A DNA stretch of 41,540 nt from Candidatus Moraniibacteriota bacterium (lineage in GTDB: Bacteria; Patescibacteriota; Minisyncoccia; Moranbacterales; UBA1568): the NCBI GenBank assembly GCA_038208355.1, contig JBBQYU010000002.1, positions 1 to 41,540 on the forward strand. Reading direction: 5' to 3'. Made by a program: the position numbers and the translations under genes. Position 1 is the stretch's first letter. The number at the start of each line of letters is the position of its first letter. This document shows, piece after piece, positions 39,832-41,540 of the stretch. The notes under the pieces are model-generated. The model was not told where the DNA came from and ran no database searches. It saw nothing but the letters and a program-made list of their open reading frames with translations.

Positions 39832-40593
39832 ATGGGATATATCGGACTTTTAGTAACATTGGGTATTGTACTCCTCGGGGGAGGGTATTTCTTTTTTGGT
39901 TCCTCAGGGGAAGGCATCACCGCGGTCAATGATACCCCGCAGACTCCCTTGGTCTCGGGCTTGGCTCAGTATGAAAATGCCAAGGAGCAGGCGCTTAACG
40001 CCAAGGTGCTGGTAGAACAAAAGGTAGCTGAGACAATGGCGGCTGCTAGTGAGCCAGCCCCGGTCACAAAACCGGCTGAAACTCCAGCAACCACTCCGGC
40101 CGCGGAACCGGCCGTGACGGCGGAAAAAAGTAGCCTCAAGATTACCAATCGTCTGGTTGGTTTTGGTTTTTCTTCGGCTCAGCACCGCACTATCGATACC
40201 ATCGTGCTCCATTCGTCCTACGACGCCTCGGGAGCGGACCCGTATTCGGTGGCCGGGGTGATCGCTCAGTGGCGAGACTATCAAGTGGCTCCACACTACA
40301 TGATTGATCGGAACGGAGCGGTCTCTCGTCTGGTGGAAGACCAGAATATTTCTTACCATGCCGGGGTGAGTAAGATGCCGGATGGCCGCAAGAATGTCAA
40401 TGATTTTTCTATCGGCATCGAGATGCTCAATACCAAGACGGGACAGTATACCGCGGCTCAGTACACGGCCGTCAATGATTTGATCGCCTATCTCAAGGGG
40501 AAGTATCCAATCAAATATGTCGTCGGTCACGCTGATATCGCCCCTGACCGTAAAACCGATCCTTGGAACTTTAATTGGAAGAAGCTTCGGTGA
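39832..40593 (+). CDS. N-acetylmuramoyl-L-alanine amidase (Amidase_2/PGRP-type), membrane anchored
   Basis: N-terminal TM segment, an Ala/Pro/Thr linker, then ...IDTIVLHSSYD...APHYMIDRNGAVSRLVEDQNISYHAG...FSIGIEMLN...VVGHADIAPDRKTDPWNFNW. I prefer the ATG at 39832 because the track's TTG 39799 lies in the preceding terminator's T-run. Confidence 0.85.
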   Translation: MGYIGLLVTLGIVLLGGGYFFFGSSGEGITAVNDTPQTPLVSGLAQYENAKEQALNAKVLVEQKVAETMAAASEPAPVTKPAETPATTPAAEPAVTAEKSSLKITNRLVGFGFSSAQHRTIDTIVLHSSYDASGADPYSVAGVIAQWRDYQVAPHYMIDRNGAVSRLVEDQNISYHAGVSKMPDGRKNVNDFSIGIEMLNTKTGQYTAAQYTAVNDLIAYLKGKYPIKYVVGHADIAPDRKTDPWNFNWKKLR

Positions 40594-40710
40594 GGGTTTC
40601 TCCAAGGGGACTTACTGATACTGATGTTGAAGGAGAGGTGGAGTTTGTAGTGAGAGAAACGCGTTAGATTTATAGCGGAAGGGCTACTGAAGAGAGAGCC
40701 TTGTTTTATA

Positions 40711-40739
40711 TTGACAAAAACTATAAAATATGCTACAAT
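40711..40739 (+). promoter_or_regulatory. Near-consensus sigma-70 promoter
   Basis: TTGACA (40711-40716), 17-nt spacer, TACAAT (40734-40739). The spacer and -10 closely resemble the promoter at 11943. Confidence 0.55.
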
Positions 40740-40766
40740 AAAAAGTTGTAAAATGGCAACCGCTTT

Positions 40767-40793
40767 ATTCCCCAGCGCTAGGGGAATTTCTTT
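40767..40793 (+). promoter_or_regulatory. Terminator-like hairpin in the 5' leader of ORF 40812
   Basis: ATTCCCC (40767-40773), loop AGCGCTA, GGGGAAT (40781-40787), followed by TTTCTTT. It lies between the promoter and the AAGGAG RBS. Confidence 0.35.
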
Positions 40794-40811
40794 GACAACA
40801 AGGAGAACGCG

Positions 40812-41441
40812 ATGGAATTCTCGCCATGGTTGGCAGGGGCAGCGGTTTTTGTTGTCCTGTTGGAAGGTTTGGCCTCTTGGTCGGAAAAAACATTTTGGCC
40901 ACGACAACGTGGTGGTCCGCCGATAAAGCTGCCCTTTGTCTGGCACGGTGGCGTGGTGGTAGGAGACCTCATCCTGTTGCCCTACCTCTTCGGTCTCTGG
41001 GCCCCGCGGTTCCAGATTCCGATGTGGCTCTGGATCATTTTTTTTCCGGTGGCGCTGGTCATCACATGGTACTGTCACCGCGCGTGGTGGTTCCTCTGTG
41101 AGAAGCAGCCGGGGTTCATGTATCCCAATCGGCAAAAGAGCGAGGGCGACCCCCGGATCTGGTTTCATGACTTGCCGCGGTCAGCGCTGATCCACTTTGG
41201 CTACATGACCGCTACCCTCATGCTTATCGGTGGCTATCTCTGCTCGCCGATGACTGCCGAGGTAATGTGGCAGACCTTCTGGGTTTTGGTCATCTTTGTC
41301 CCGGTGGCGATTATTGAACCGGGGATTGTCCAAGGGTGGCCGCTGACCAAGAAGGATGTAACAATCAATGTCGGCATAGCAGTGGCTCTGTGGACCATCA
41401 TCGGGTTGGTCACGTGGGCCAAACTTGGCTCCATCACTTGA
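40812..41441 (+). CDS. Trp-rich polytopic membrane protein (hypothetical)
   Basis: AAGGAG lies 6 nt upstream of the ATG. Five or six hydrophobic segments. No family recognised. Confidence 0.6.
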   Translation: MEFSPWLAGAAVFVVLLEGLASWSEKTFWPRQRGGPPIKLPFVWHGGVVVGDLILLPYLFGLWAPRFQIPMWLWIIFFPVALVITWYCHRAWWFLCEKQPGFMYPNRQKSEGDPRIWFHDLPRSALIHFGYMTATLMLIGGYLCSPMTAEVMWQTFWVLVIFVPVAIIEPGIVQGWPLTKKDVTINVGIAVALWTIIGLVTWAKLGSIT

Positions 41442-41461
41442 TCCGACACGAGAAGCATTTC

Positions 41462-41496
41462 GAAGCCGCACGGTAATTACCGGAGCGGCTTTTTTG
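41462..41496 (+). terminator. Rho-independent terminator
   Basis: GAAGCCGC (41462-41469) ... GCGGCTT (41485-41491), followed by a T-run. Confidence 0.65.
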
Positions 41497-41540
41497 TTTG
41501 GTGTCTGGTGTTTGGGTGGGCTGCTTGATGAACTCCGTAC

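Noticed and set aside
39904-41168. Minus-strand ORFs 39904-40605 (233 aa) and 40527-41168 (213 aa)
   Set aside because: They are antisense to the Amidase_2 gene and to the membrane protein gene, both of which have good signals (motifs, RBS, promoter, terminator). The translations are Arg/Pro-rich shadows.
1-41540. CRISPR arrays, rRNA genes, integrases, reverse transcriptases (DGR/retron) and group I/II introns
   Set aside because: I scanned for regularly spaced direct repeats, rRNA-like conserved blocks and RT (YxDD) or tyrosine/serine recombinase motifs in the ORF track and found none. The only tandem periodicity is at the protein level, in ORF 7497.

Overview
This is a 41.5-kb gene-dense bacterial window. 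Long ORFs are intact under the standard code. All family names below come from motif recognition by eye; no database search was run. The gene content suggests a reduced Patescibacteria/CPR-like genome, which is an inference. It includes a DUF4012-like protein, a lamin-tail-domain surface protein, ArnT/PMT-like membrane glycosyltransferases, a ThrRS with no editing domain, many small membrane or secreted ORFs and almost no biosynthesis genes. The left ~5.4 kb looks A+T-richer by eye and reads as an accessory patch. It holds a RAYT/IS200-like Y1 transposase pseudogene bracketed by perfect 22-bp inverted repeats, and a truncated BsuBI/PstI-like restriction endonuclease. It also holds an XRE-ImmA (CapH/CapP-like) regulator pair transcribed divergently from two overlapping ORFs (126 and 365 aa) with no assignable function. 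A DUF2188 gene and a 155-aa ORF flanked by a repeated hairpin element complete the patch. This patch is my best candidate for an undescribed defence or mobile-element system. The rest of the window runs as follows. First come an ECF sigma / membrane protein / LTXXQ module and a protein built of eight 22-residue repeats. Next are a GT2 + ChbG/YdjC + ArnT-like glycosylation cluster and an orphan promoter-SD-terminator unit. Then come NhaD, MscS, DUF389 and a GT39-TPR protein, followed by a second ECF module directly upstream of a MacAB-type efflux operon. After that are a SET-domain methyltransferase, an FNR-like reductase and two paralogous tRNA-Gly genes. A PadR gene plus a second, A+T-rich MacAB-like operon follows. 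The window ends with RNHCP, an MgtA-like P-type ATPase, thrS, a candidate small RNA, a YqjE/YqjD-like pair and a cell-wall amidase. I found no rRNA, CRISPR array or integrase.
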